Below, one piece after another: positions 18,890-30,400 of a DNA stretch of 64,000 nt. Position 1 is the first letter of the stretch. The number at the start of each line of letters is the position of its first letter. Origin of the DNA: Promethearchaeota archaeon. GTDB lineage: Archaea > Asgardarchaeota > Lokiarchaeia > Sigyniarchaeales > SOKP01. The stretch lies in assembly GCA_016840085.1 (NCBI GenBank), contig JAEOTA010000018.1, positions 1 through 64,000 of the forward strand. The letters are read 5' to 3'. The notes beneath the pieces are model-generated. The model saw only the letters and a program-made list of their open reading frames with translations. It was not told where the DNA came from and did no database searches. The position numbers were made by a program, and so were the translations under genes.

Positions 18890-19789
18890 TCATCTTTTTA
18901 AAATAAATCTATCTATTTTAAATTGCTTTTTATATCCAGTAAGAAAAATCTCCTTAAACGATTTTAATAACTCATAATTATACATAGTTGGAGATTTTAA
19001 TCTATTATTAAGCTCTTCTAAAAAAAAAGTTTTTATAATTTCCTTGCTTTTTGAAACTTTTTTAATCAACGGAAAGAAAATATTTTCCAATATGCTTCGA
19101 TTATTCCATATGAAATCAATTGGAAACTCTTCACTAAAATAATTAAAAAAATTTTCTAAAAACCTAATATCAATTTTCTTTAATGAAATTCTTCTAGATT
19201 TTGAAAGATATAACAGTTCAAGTCTATTTAACATGTCTAACCGACCAGAATTAATAATAGGGAATATTTCTTCAAGAGATCTAATACTTAAATTTGAATT
19301 CTCTATTAAGGTTTGTAACTCTTCATAATTTAAATAATTTAAATATCCTTCATTCAATAAATATTCTGTCGTCTGTTTATGATTACTCATAAATCTTTTT
19401 GCTATTTCTTCTTTAAGGACACTCTTAGCTAGAGGATCTCCAGCTTCTGTTAACCTTTTCAATAAAGGAAATGATAAATTTCTATGTAAAAGTCGAGTAT
19501 CATAATCATGTTCATACCATGCTTGCAAATTTGAACAATGACCCCAGAATATTACATCAAGAGGGAGAGAAATAGAGTTATCAGAAGAATTATCTCTCTC
19601 ATATTTTTGATTATCTGAGATTTCGTCAATTGACTGAATTTCATCAAAATCACTAATCTTTGTTATTGGAATATCTAATAATATAATTGTACATTGCCTA
19701 AAATGTTCTCTTTTTACATATATATTCGTCCTACCATCTTCCAACTTAAGTGTAAGATATTTATTTACATGAAACTCTTTCATTTTCAA
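18890..19789 (-). CDS. Lokiarchaeia-type expanded-family hypothetical protein
   Basis: F.VNKYLTLKLE..RTNIYV...F.QC...FWGHCSNLQAW.EH.YDTRLLHRNL.FPLLK.L.EAGDP, an N-terminal domain I recall as recurrent in lokiarchaeal genomes (not checked). Confidence 0.7.
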   Translation of the reverse strand: MKMKEFHVNKYLTLKLEDGRTNIYVKREHFRQCTIILLDIPITKISDFDEIQSIDEISDNQKYERDNSSDNSISLPLDVIFWGHCSNLQAWYEHDYDTRLLHRNLSFPLLKRLTEAGDPLAKSVLKEEIAKRFMSNHKQTTEYLLNEGYLNYLNYEELQTLIENSNLSIRSLEEIFPIINSGRLDMLNRLELLYLSKSRRISLKKIDIRFLENFFNYFSEEFPIDFIWNNRSILENIFFPLIKKVSKSKEIIKTFFLEELNNRLKSPTMYNYELLKSFKEIFLTGYKKQFKIDRFILKR

Positions 19790-19935
19790 ATTTCTATTAA
19801 AAAAATAAATATTTAAAGTTTATGAGTGCCCCAAAAATTCATACTATTTAATATATTTTAAGGTACATGTTTATTAGAATCATAATAACATAATTTAGAT
19901 TATAAGACAAACATAAAATTAATAAAAAGTATGAA

Positions 19936-20139
19936 TTGATTATGGTTAATATTGATAGATTATTAAGACAAGCAATATTTGATGACATGTTGTACTGTCC
20001 TTGTTGTGATTACAGATTATTGGAGCCTGATTATAGGAAATGCTCCCAATGTTATAGAATTAATCCATTAAAGGAAAAGAATTTAATACAAACAGTTACA
20101 TCCCCCACCAGGGATGTTCGAAGGTCCTTTTTAATTTGA
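19936..20139 (+). CDS. Small zinc-finger protein (ATG likely at 19942)
   Basis: CPCC..LLEPDY.KCSQC...NPL; the 3' end overlaps the infB 3' end by 44 nt. Confidence 0.55.
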   Translation: MIMVNIDRLLRQAIFDDMLYCPCCDYRLLEPDYRKCSQCYRINPLKEKNLIQTVTSPTRDVRRSFLI

Positions 20140-21901
20140 TGAATTCTCTTAGAGCTTGTTTTTGATCTGTAGTTAATTCATCAAGAAAATTCCCCATTAA
20201 TTGCCTTACGTGAGACTCTGGGATATTTACATAGAAAACTTCATCTTTTCCGATATCTTTTCCTATTTCAATACCTCGTATAGAAATTGCAACTTCAGAA
20301 TCTTTGGGTGCTTTCTCAATTGTTTGACCTTTATCTTGAATTTGATGGACTCTTCTGACTCTCTTACCGTTTTCAGTGATTAGTGGAACTTTTGGATATA
20401 ATATTCCAGCTTCAATATTTACCCCAAATACAGCAGGATCTGAATTTCTAAATATAAATTCTGGAAGCATTTTAAACTTTGCAGGTAATATTAATTCACT
20501 TAATCCTTTCGCAGTATCTTCAGCTTTTCTAGTTTCGGCGTATTCTATATAATCTTCTAATAATCGATATATAACATTATTTGTAAAAATTCTTATATTA
20601 TCATTATAGGCTTGATCTTCCCCATCAGGTAGAACAGGAACATTAAAACCTAAAACTACTGCACTATAAGGGTCAAAATCTCTAACAATACTTGCATTTA
20701 TTATATCTTCCTTTTTAATAGGTCCTACATCTGCCACACTAATTTTAACTCCTTCCTTAGTAAAAAAATTCTCTAAAGCTTCAAGAGACCCCAGAGTATC
20801 TGCTTTTAATACAACTCCTGCTTTTTCTGTTTTTATACGAATACTTTCTACTTCAGATTCTATTTCGTTATAAACGGTTTCTTCTTCTAATGGATCTGCA
20901 ATACCTCTAAACGGAGACCCTGCTACGACATCTTCAATATTAGGAGCTAAGATTTTAATACCTGCTGCAGCACTAACAGTGTCAACTGAATCAAATCTTT
21001 GTCTTGGATCTCTGATTTCATCCAATGGTTTAGGTATTAATAATGCTCTTGCTTTTGACTTAATTGGTTTTTCTAAACCCCCTACAATGAATTCATCCCC
21101 TTTTTTAATTATTCCATCGTATATTAATACATCTATAGTTTTACCTTGTCCCTTCTCCTTTTTTACCTCCAAAACAACTCCTTTAGCAGAACCCTCAGAA
21201 AATTTAAGATTTGTAGTTAAATATTGTTGGACTAGTCCCATCAGAACTAATAACAATGTTGATATTCCTTCTCCAGTCTTACCGCTTGTAGGCACAATTG
21301 CGACTTTTTTTGTAAAATCTTTTATTTTATCGTATCTATCAATTCCTTTGAAGCCTTCTTCTAAAAAATTTCCCATAATCTGTAAAATTTTTTCATCTAG
21401 AAAGTCTTTTACATGAGGTTTTTGAGTTTTATAAGAATCTAAAAAATCTGCATCTTTTTTTGATTTCCAACCAGATATTCTATCAATTTTATTTGCTGCA
21501 ATTACAAATGGAGTTTTTCTATCTCTTAAAATTCTTACTGATTCCCATGTTATTGGCATTGTTCCCGCAGTAACATCAATGACAAGAATTGCGATATCTG
21601 CAACAGCACCTCCCCGCTTTCTTAAATTTAAAAATGCCGCATGACCGGGAGTATCCACAACTAACATACCAGGAAGTTTAATATCCATTTCAGCAAATTC
21701 TTGTTTGGATTTACTTAAAAATTCTTTAATATCTTTTGTTGGAAAATAAGATGCTCCAATGTGCTGGGTAATACCAGCCGCTTCTCTTTGTTGAACTACC
21801 GTACCTCTTATATAATCTAGAATAGTGGTTTTTCCGTGGTCTATATGCCCTAAGACACAAATAATTGGTGCCCTAATCTTCTTGCTTTCAACTTCAGTCA
21901 T
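20096..21901 (-). CDS. infB: Translation initiation factor aIF5B (IF-2)
   Basis: IRAPIICVLGHIDHGKTT, EAAGITQHIGA, DTPGH, NKID, KADTLGSLEAL. Confidence 0.97.
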   Translation of the reverse strand: MTEVESKKIRAPIICVLGHIDHGKTTILDYIRGTVVQQREAAGITQHIGASYFPTKDIKEFLSKSKQEFAEMDIKLPGMLVVDTPGHAAFLNLRKRGGAVADIAILVIDVTAGTMPITWESVRILRDRKTPFVIAANKIDRISGWKSKKDADFLDSYKTQKPHVKDFLDEKILQIMGNFLEEGFKGIDRYDKIKDFTKKVAIVPTSGKTGEGISTLLLVLMGLVQQYLTTNLKFSEGSAKGVVLEVKKEKGQGKTIDVLIYDGIIKKGDEFIVGGLEKPIKSKARALLIPKPLDEIRDPRQRFDSVDTVSAAAGIKILAPNIEDVVAGSPFRGIADPLEEETVYNEIESEVESIRIKTEKAGVVLKADTLGSLEALENFFTKEGVKISVADVGPIKKEDIINASIVRDFDPYSAVVLGFNVPVLPDGEDQAYNDNIRIFTNNVIYRLLEDYIEYAETRKAEDTAKGLSELILPAKFKMLPEFIFRNSDPAVFGVNIEAGILYPKVPLITENGKRVRRVHQIQDKGQTIEKAPKDSEVAISIRGIEIGKDIGKDEVFYVNIPESHVRQLMGNFLDELTTDQKQALREFIKLKRTFEHPWWGM

Positions 21902-22175
21902 TTAATATCACGTATCTCAGTCGATTTCTTTAAAAACCTCTTTCTATCACTTATTATATAAAAATATTAATCATGTGTTTAGAATTTTTCTTTAAATTTT
22001 AGGAAAAATTTGATAGTTCTTTTAATCAATACAATTACTTCCTAAATTCTTAAGACAAACACTCTTTTTTCTAAATATAATACATGCATATAATCTTTAA
22101 AACCATGTTTTTTCCAAAAAGAGTATCAAATTGGCATTTAAACTTCCTCTCAAATAACTATTAGAATTTAGAGAA

Positions 22176-25046
22176 TTAATTATGATTAAGATACTTTTTT
22201 AAATATTGGGCTGTATAAGAATAATTATCTTTAACAACTTCTTCTGGATATCCTTCAGTTACTACATTCCCTCCCTTTTCTCCGCCCTCAGGACCAAGAT
22301 CTATGATATAATCAACTGATTTTATTATATCCATATTATGTTCAATTATAACTACGGTATTACCTTTTTCTACTAGTTTCTGAAGAACATCTAATAGATA
22401 CTGGATATCGTACATATGCAATCCGGTAGTGGGTTCATCTAAAATATAAAGTGTATTTCCTGTGCTTGTTTTTCTCAATTCTCTAGCAATTTTTACACGT
22501 TGTGATTCTCCTCCACTCAGAGTGGTTGAAGATTGACCCAATTCTAAATAGCCTAGCCCAACGTCTACTACTGTTTTTACGGTTCTCTTTAAATTTGGAA
22601 AACTATCAAAGAATTCTAAAGCTTGATGGAAAGTCATTTTCAAAACATCAAAGATTGATTTTCCACGATACTTAATCTCTAATGTCTCAGCATTATATCT
22701 TTTTCCATTACATAAATCACACTTTATATACACATCAGGCAAGAAATACATTTCTTTCAAGATATAACCAGTACCTTTACATTTTTTACAATGTCCAACT
22801 TTTGTATTAAAACTAAATCTACCTTTTTTATATCCCCTCTCTCTTGATTCTGGTAATCCAGCAAAAATTTCTCTAATATAATCCAAAGCTTTTGTATAGG
22901 TTGCAGGAACAGATCTAGGAGTTCTTCCTATTGGCGATTGATCAATATTAATAATTTTATCAATTTTTTCATAACCAATAATTGTATCAAATTTACCTGC
23001 ATTAACTTTTGAACTCCGCGTATTTATTATATTGTGGAGTCCTTTATATACACAATCAATTATTAAACTAGTTTTTCCAGCTCCTGAAACTCCTGTTACA
23101 CAAGTGAATACACCTAAAGGAATTTTTACATCAATAATTTTTAAGTTGTTTTCTTCTGCTCCTCTTATTTCAATAAATTCTTTACTAATTTTACGTCTAT
23201 TTTTTGGAATTTCAATTTTCTTTTTTTCTGATAGATAATCTCCTGTTAAAGTTTTTGAATTTAAAATTATTTCTAAGGGTCCTTCAGCTACAATTTCACC
23301 TCCCCGTTCACCAGCTAATGGTCCTAAGTCGATAATATGATCTGCATTTCGTATTATTGCTTCATCATGTTCGACTACTATTACAGTATTCCCTAAATCT
23401 CTTAATTTTTTTAACATATTAATAAGACGATTGATATCTCTCTGATGTAAACCTATACTAGGTTCATCTAAGACATATAATACTCCTACTAGGCTAGATC
23501 CTAATTGAGTAGCTAATCGAATTCTTTCAGCTTCGCCCACAGATAAAGTATTTGAACGACGATTTAATGAAATATAATCTAATCCAACATTTTCAAGAAA
23601 AGATAATCTATCTAATATTTCTTTCAACACTTCTTTAACTATTGTCTTTTCAGTTTCAGTTAATTCTAATTCTTTGAAAAATTTTAAAGAATCCTTGACA
23701 GATAACATAGTTAATTCAGAAATGTTAAGATCATTTATAGTCACGGCTAGACTTTCTGGTTTTAACCTTTTACCATTACACTGAGGGCAATCTATCCGAT
23801 TCATAAAACTTTCATACATTTCTCGCGCCCATTCTGAACGAGTTTCCATATACCTTCTATGTAGAATTGGAATTATTCCTTCAAAAGGTCTTACTACCTG
23901 CCAAGATGATTTAAATTCACTATTATGGTTCTTATAGTCATTATTATCACTTTCAAAGTGAAAATCAATTGATTCATTTTCAGAACCGAATAGTATTTTA
24001 TGAAGTTTTTTTGGGTCTATATCTTTAATTGGAGTCTTTTTTGTATTGAATCCATAATGTTTGGCTACTTGAACAATTGTTTGCCAAGAATAGCCATTTT
24101 CAGACCCAAAACCGGGAATATCCCTAATAGGTGTTTCTTGCAGAGGAACCTCTAAATCATCTCCTAATAACAAGGCATAATCAAATTCCATTACAGTACC
24201 TAAACCACTACAATATTTACAACTCCCATGAGGTATATTAAAGGAGAACATTTTATGATCTAAAGGAGGAAACGAGATACCACAATCAACACATGCAAGA
24301 TGCTCTGAATATACTTGTTCTCCTTGATCTACAACCTCAATAATTATAATACCTTCGGTTAAGTCTAAAGCGGTCTCAATTGAATCAGCAAGCCTTGTTC
24401 TTATATCCTTTTTCATTACTAATCGATCTATAATAACATTGATATTATGCTTAACATTTTTATCCATTGAAATATCTTCATCAAGTGTATATTGAATTCC
24501 ATCAACCTCAACTCTTACATAACCTTGTTTTTGAAGATCTTGTAAAAGCTCTTTATATTCTCCTTTTCTATCTCTTATTACAGGAGCTTTAATTAGAAAT
24601 TTCTGAGTTTCTTCAATTGAATCTAAAATAAGTTGGATTATTTGTTGCGGAGTCTGAGGTTTTATTTCTTTTCCACAATTAGGGCAATGTGGAATTCCAA
24701 CATTGGCATATAATAGCCTATAATAATCATAGATCTCTGTGACAGTTCCTACAGTGCTTCTCGGATTTTTTGAAAGCGGTTTTTGTTCAATAGCGATTGC
24801 AGGGGATAAACCTTCAATTGAATCCACATCTGGCTTATCCATTTCACCCAAGAATTGTCTCGCATAACTTGATAATGATTCTAAAAACCTTCTTTGTCCC
24901 TCCGCATACAGGGTGTCCATTGCTAACGATGACTTTCCACTCCCACTAATCCCCGTAATAACTACTAATTCATTACGTGGTATTACTACATCAATATTTT
25001 TTAAGTTATTCTGTCTAGCGCCTTTAATGACGATATAATCAGGCAT
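22176..25046 (-). CDS. uvrA: Excinuclease ABC subunit A
   Basis: GARQNNLKN, GISGSGKSSLA, two ABC cassettes (LS.GE..R, LDEP), zinc fingers. Confidence 0.97.
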   Translation of the reverse strand: MPDYIVIKGARQNNLKNIDVVIPRNELVVITGISGSGKSSLAMDTLYAEGQRRFLESLSSYARQFLGEMDKPDVDSIEGLSPAIAIEQKPLSKNPRSTVGTVTEIYDYYRLLYANVGIPHCPNCGKEIKPQTPQQIIQLILDSIEETQKFLIKAPVIRDRKGEYKELLQDLQKQGYVRVEVDGIQYTLDEDISMDKNVKHNINVIIDRLVMKKDIRTRLADSIETALDLTEGIIIIEVVDQGEQVYSEHLACVDCGISFPPLDHKMFSFNIPHGSCKYCSGLGTVMEFDYALLLGDDLEVPLQETPIRDIPGFGSENGYSWQTIVQVAKHYGFNTKKTPIKDIDPKKLHKILFGSENESIDFHFESDNNDYKNHNSEFKSSWQVVRPFEGIIPILHRRYMETRSEWAREMYESFMNRIDCPQCNGKRLKPESLAVTINDLNISELTMLSVKDSLKFFKELELTETEKTIVKEVLKEILDRLSFLENVGLDYISLNRRSNTLSVGEAERIRLATQLGSSLVGVLYVLDEPSIGLHQRDINRLINMLKKLRDLGNTVIVVEHDEAIIRNADHIIDLGPLAGERGGEIVAEGPLEIILNSKTLTGDYLSEKKKIEIPKNRRKISKEFIEIRGAEENNLKIIDVKIPLGVFTCVTGVSGAGKTSLIIDCVYKGLHNIINTRSSKVNAGKFDTIIGYEKIDKIINIDQSPIGRTPRSVPATYTKALDYIREIFAGLPESRERGYKKGRFSFNTKVGHCKKCKGTGYILKEMYFLPDVYIKCDLCNGKRYNAETLEIKYRGKSIFDVLKMTFHQALEFFDSFPNLKRTVKTVVDVGLGYLELGQSSTTLSGGESQRVKIARELRKTSTGNTLYILDEPTTGLHMYDIQYLLDVLQKLVEKGNTVVIIEHNMDIIKSVDYIIDLGPEGGEKGGNVVTEGYPEEVVKDNYSYTAQYLKKYLNHN

Positions 25047-25334
25047 ATTCTAATATTTTCTTTTAATATATTTTAATTCTGGAGATCAAAAAAGCTTTTC
25101 TAAGATTTTATAAAACCTTATACTGGTATTAACAATTAAAAAAAAATATACAGAATCTGGGTATACAATTTATGAATTATTATTTGCTTCTATCTCTTAT
25201 ATTTTTGTCATCTTTAATTTCTTTTAGAGATTTTAAGGTATTACTTTTCTTCGAGTTGTCTAGTGTATTCATTTGCTACTTTAAAGATGTCGAGTTCACC
25301 CTCTCTTGTCTGACTATCCATTCGAAGATAAATT

Positions 25335-27341
25335 TCATGTTGTTAATTTATAATCATTTTTGATTTCCTTAATTTTATCTCTTAAATAAGCAGCATCCTC
25401 AAATCTTAATTCTTTAGCTGCTAAAAACATTTTGTTTTCAAGATATTCGATAATTACTTCAATATCCCCTTCCTTTTCTAATTGTTCCACTTTATTTTGA
25501 ATATTTTGCTTTAAACGTTTAGTTTCTCTTTCTTTAAATTCTTTCTCCTCAGAAAGAGATTTAAAAATATTTTTCTTGATAGTTTGAGGAGTAATATTAT
25601 TTTTTTCATTATGAGTAATTTGCTTTTTCCTTCTCCTATTTGTTTCATCTATAGCCGTTTTCATTGCATCAGATATTCTATCTCCATATAAAATGGCTCT
25701 GCCTTCTACATTTCTTGAAGCTCTTCCAATGGTCTGAATTAAAGAACGTGTATCACGTAAAAATCCAAGCTTATCTGCATCTAATATTGCAACTAGTTGT
25801 ACTTCTGGAAGATCTAGCCCTTCACGTAAAAGATTAATCCCAACTATAACATCATGAGTTCCATCCCTTAATTGTCTTAAAATTTCAAATCTTTCTACAG
25901 TGTCAACTTCAGAATGTAAGTATTCGATTTTTACTCCCAATTCAGAATAATATTCGGCTATATCTTCAGCCATTCTCTTTGTAAGAGTTGTAACTAAGAC
26001 TCTACCATTGTTGTTTACAATTTTTCTAATTTCACCTAGTAAATCATCAATTTGATTCTTGGCAGGTCTTATTTCCACTTGAGGATCTACAAGACCAGTT
26101 GGTCTAATTATTTGTTCTGCGGAAATACCCCCACTTTTTTTTAACTCGTAATCTCCAGGTGTAGCACTCATAAAGATTATATATTTGATTTTATTTTCCC
26201 ATTCTTCAAATGTAAGTGGTCGATTATCATACGCACTAGGTAAACGCCAGCCGTATTCAACAAGATTTTTCTTTCTAGATTTATCACCGCCTATTTGACC
26301 ATGAACTTGAGGAATTGTAACATGTGATTCATCAGCCACAATAAGGAAATCATCTGGAAAGTAGTCAATTAATGTCATAGGAGGTGAACCAGGTGCCCTT
26401 CCATCTAAATGTCTGGAATAATTTTCGATCCCTTTACAATATCCCATTTCTCTCAGCATTTCTAAGTCAAATTTAATCCTCCTCTCCAATCGCTGCGCTT
26501 CTGCATACTTCTTTTCTTTCTTAAATACTTCAATTTGGCTTCTTAATTCTTCTTCTATCGATTCCAGTGCCTTTGCTTTGTTTTCTTCTGGAATAATAAA
26601 GTGAGTAGCAGGGAAAATACGACAATTAGATAAATCATTTAAAATTTGATTTGAAATTGGATGTATCTCCTGAATTGATTCGATCTCATTCCCAAAAAGA
26701 GAAATTCTTATTGCATTATCCAAATATGCAGGCCAAATATCTATAATATCTCCTCTCACCCTTACTATACCAGGCTTAAAATCAACATTTTTTCGTTCAT
26801 AATTCATACGGATAAGACCTTTCAATATTTCCCGGCGATCAATTACTTGATTAATTTCCAAATTTAAAGACACATTATACCATTCATCAGGATCTCCAAT
26901 ACCATATAGACATGAAACAGAAGCTACAATAATGACATCATTTCGAGTCTTGATTGCATGAGTTGCGGCCAACCGTAATCTTTCTATTTCCTCATTCACA
27001 CTGAAATCTTTTTCGATATACATCCCTGAAACGGGCATATATGCTTCAGGTTGGTAATAATCATAATAAGACACAAAAAAATGTACAGCATTCTCAGGGA
27101 ATAATTCTTTAAATTCGCTATAAAGCTGTGCACATAATGTTTTATTAGGAGACATTACAAGAGTTGGTTTCTGAACATTTTGGATTATATTTGCTATTGA
27201 AAAAGTTTTTCCTGTCCCTGTAGCTCCTAATAATGTTTGAAATCGCTGATTTTCTCTAATATTTTTCACTAAAGTCTTAATAGCTAAGGGTTGGTCTCCT
27301 TTTGGTTTATAATTTAATTTGATTTTAAAATTTGAGCTCAT
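25335..27341 (-). CDS. uvrB: Excinuclease ABC subunit B
   Basis: GATGTGKT, YYDYYQPEAY beta-hairpin, DESH, GINLLREGLD, C-terminal UVR domain FEDAAYLRD. Confidence 0.97.
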   Translation of the reverse strand: MSSNFKIKLNYKPKGDQPLAIKTLVKNIRENQRFQTLLGATGTGKTFSIANIIQNVQKPTLVMSPNKTLCAQLYSEFKELFPENAVHFFVSYYDYYQPEAYMPVSGMYIEKDFSVNEEIERLRLAATHAIKTRNDVIIVASVSCLYGIGDPDEWYNVSLNLEINQVIDRREILKGLIRMNYERKNVDFKPGIVRVRGDIIDIWPAYLDNAIRISLFGNEIESIQEIHPISNQILNDLSNCRIFPATHFIIPEENKAKALESIEEELRSQIEVFKKEKKYAEAQRLERRIKFDLEMLREMGYCKGIENYSRHLDGRAPGSPPMTLIDYFPDDFLIVADESHVTIPQVHGQIGGDKSRKKNLVEYGWRLPSAYDNRPLTFEEWENKIKYIIFMSATPGDYELKKSGGISAEQIIRPTGLVDPQVEIRPAKNQIDDLLGEIRKIVNNNGRVLVTTLTKRMAEDIAEYYSELGVKIEYLHSEVDTVERFEILRQLRDGTHDVIVGINLLREGLDLPEVQLVAILDADKLGFLRDTRSLIQTIGRASRNVEGRAILYGDRISDAMKTAIDETNRRRKKQITHNEKNNITPQTIKKNIFKSLSEEKEFKERETKRLKQNIQNKVEQLEKEGDIEVIIEYLENKMFLAAKELRFEDAAYLRDKIKEIKNDYKLTT

Positions 27342-27464
27342 AAGTACTTAAGAGAGAAATTATTACCAATGAATATTTAAGAGTAAAATTGTTTATAAAC
27401 AATAACTCTGAGAAAATCTAATGAATAATAATTTTTGATTTTTACTAAAAAAAAAGTTAGAGAA

Positions 27465-30400
27465 TTATTTAACAGTCTCTAGATGCGTATATTCTGCACC
27501 TTCTTCTGTGCGGACTAAAATCTCTAATTTATCATCTGGACTAAGAGATCCAAGTATTCCTTCTAGAATTGTTCTACTTAATGTTAATTGAAAAGAAGTA
27601 CCTGCAGTTATATTGAAAGAAGTTTCAAAAAAGCTATTTAAAGAGAAATATGAGCCATTAATTGAGCTATTAATGTAAACTGACTCTATATTAACATCTA
27701 GGAGACCTTCATTATTGATTAAAATTGTTAAATTTCCATTATCAAATGCTGTAGTTCCAGAATCACTTATAGTAATATTATAATATTTGGAATCTACATA
27801 GCCATATAATGTTTCAACCGCTTCAACTGAGGGAAAATTAGTTTCCACTTTTACGTTTACTTCATTTGATTTATTAATCATTAAGTTTGGAATATCAAAG
27901 GAGACCATTGCACATTCTTGTATATCTAAGGAATCATTCCCATAGAGATATACAACATTTTCTGCTAGAGTATTGTTAACATATATGGACTCTATTGTTA
28001 CTTCTTCATTACCCGTATTTTTAATTAACAAACTCCCTGTTTCATTAGCATAAATAAAAGAGGTTGTGTTACCCTCAACAGTTTCTATTATCTTAAGATC
28101 TGCTTTATTTTTAGCAGTATGAATATATCCAATATCTGAGGCTACGGTATCACCAATAAAACTTCCCGTTACACAAATTAATAACTCATCATTCACATCG
28201 AGAGTTATATCATTTTCAGCAAGAGTATCAGTGGCATCTATTACAATAGTTTCATCTTCACCTTTTCCCAGATTATAATCTCCACTTTTAACATAGTAAT
28301 CATGAAAATTAACTTTGTACAATGATTCTGTGAGATAAATAGAGTCTATTCCGAAGATAATTTCCCCTGTGTTTTTAACATTAATCTCTAAAATAGTGCT
28401 CCCATTATCATAGGTATAAGCATGAGTTTGACTGAAACTTATTGGTATATGTTTTCTATAATAACTATCGGATATTAAAGAAAATTCTGGAGAAATAATG
28501 CGGTCTTCACTTAATATAGAAAGTGTAAAATTCTCTTTATTCGATGAAAATAGGATTTCATCATAAAGATCGTTTGTCGTAGCAACACCAATTTTGTTAG
28601 ATGTACTCAAAGGATAAAAACTAGCATTCGCATTTTGTAAATAAATTTTTGCTTTTTCCCCTGGTTTTAATATAGCAGACCCACTGAGATATTCTATTGA
28701 TGTATAAGGGAATCGAAGTGTGTCTGTATCATTATTTACATAAAATCTCTCTAATATTTCAATTGTATTACCTACATTTTCCACTTCAAGAAGTACATCA
28801 GTAGAAGTATTATTCATTTGAATAGCTTTACTATTTTCCTTAATGATTTTAATAGCTCCTTTTTCGCTTTCTTTTACGAAGAAATTGCTTGTAGAGTTTG
28901 AAAATTCGTATTGCTTACCTTCTAAAGCCTCTGATTGTGCGGTAACATCTATATGAACTACGTCATCCTTATCAAATGTTTTTCCACTTGATTTTATATT
29001 GACATAAACAACTTCAGATTCACCACTCTCTACTGTTTGATTGCCTATTCCACTACTCATAATGAAATCATATTCTTCTCCATTGATTTCAACTTTATTT
29101 ATTAGCAAGTCTTTTGTGCCAGTATTTTTCATTTCAAATGTCGCATATCCATCAGTAAAAACTTCAGCATCTTTGATCAAAAACTTGGATTCTAAAGCTG
29201 TATAATCAACTTTATATAATTTGACTAAACCTAACTTGGATATATATGTTGGAACAAATACCTTGAAATCATAGAATCCATTATCGGGAATATAGTCCTT
29301 CCATACTTTACCGTCAGTAGTTTGCCTACTATTAATTTGTTGAGGATAGTTTCTTCTAAAGTCCTTTTCTCCATATTCTTCAAGAGTAGTAGATTGCCTA
29401 TAGAACATTAATTTAGCTAATTGACTTTGAAACCATAACGGCCCCATTCTTCCATCTGTGGCATTTTGATATTCATTTTCATGGAATACTGCATCTTCTT
29501 TCCAGTTATCTTCTTCCATCTCCCAGTTTTTATATTTTGCGTAATTATCATTACAGATTCTTACCATCCAATTCCACTTCCCTTCATCTCCACCTAACCC
29601 CGTTAATAAGAACCCAAAATACACTAAAACATAATCTGCTTTTAACCTACGAAACGCTTTTGCACTATATATCTCATTGGGTTGCATCATTGCCATTCCT
29701 GTTAATCCAATCCTAGTACTATTCTTAGTCATATTATCATTAACAGTAGTAACATTACCAACAGGAGTAAGCCAGTAGCCATAATCCCACCATGAAACAA
29801 CTACATCTGTTCCCTTTAGATTAGATCTCATCCAACTTAGAGATTCTTGCCAATCTGTAATAGCACCTCCAACTACCATTTGACTATAAGAAAACTGTCT
29901 AATTGAAATATCTGTTGAGTGAACAATTTGGGCAATACCTAAAAACCCTATGATGAGATAGATAGCAAATATTTCTGAATTACCAATAGTTCCTTTTAAT
30001 TGTCTCCTCCTTTTCCTACTTATTCCAACTTTGCGTTCCCCAAAAAAGCTACCAAAAATTTTCAAAATACTAACTAATCCGTATGCCCCCATCAATGCTG
30101 CAGCAGGAGCAAATATTAAAATAATACGAATCATGCTTCCTGTGAAGTAAAACATAAGTATAACAAAAGCTATTAAGAAAATATCTGCTGCTATGAGCCG
30201 TTTGAAACAAAAATAAAAACCTAGTGGAATTAAGATTAAAGGGATCAATGTATTATAATAAAATACACTCCATGAACTAGGCATTTGTTCTGCTACTGAA
30301 GCAACAAGAGCTACTTGTTCTCGAAAAAGAGGATTAAGAATAGTTTGAAATCTTGTACCAAAACCAAAAGGTAGTACTTCAGGAGCCACCCAGATAATTA

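Noticed and set aside
25172-25363. Small ORFs between uvrB and uvrA (+ strand 63 aa; - strand 26 aa MDSQTREGELDIFKVANEYTRQLEEK at 25241-25321)
   Set aside because: Too short, with no motif or clear initiation signal. Could be a gene remnant, but this cannot be supported.
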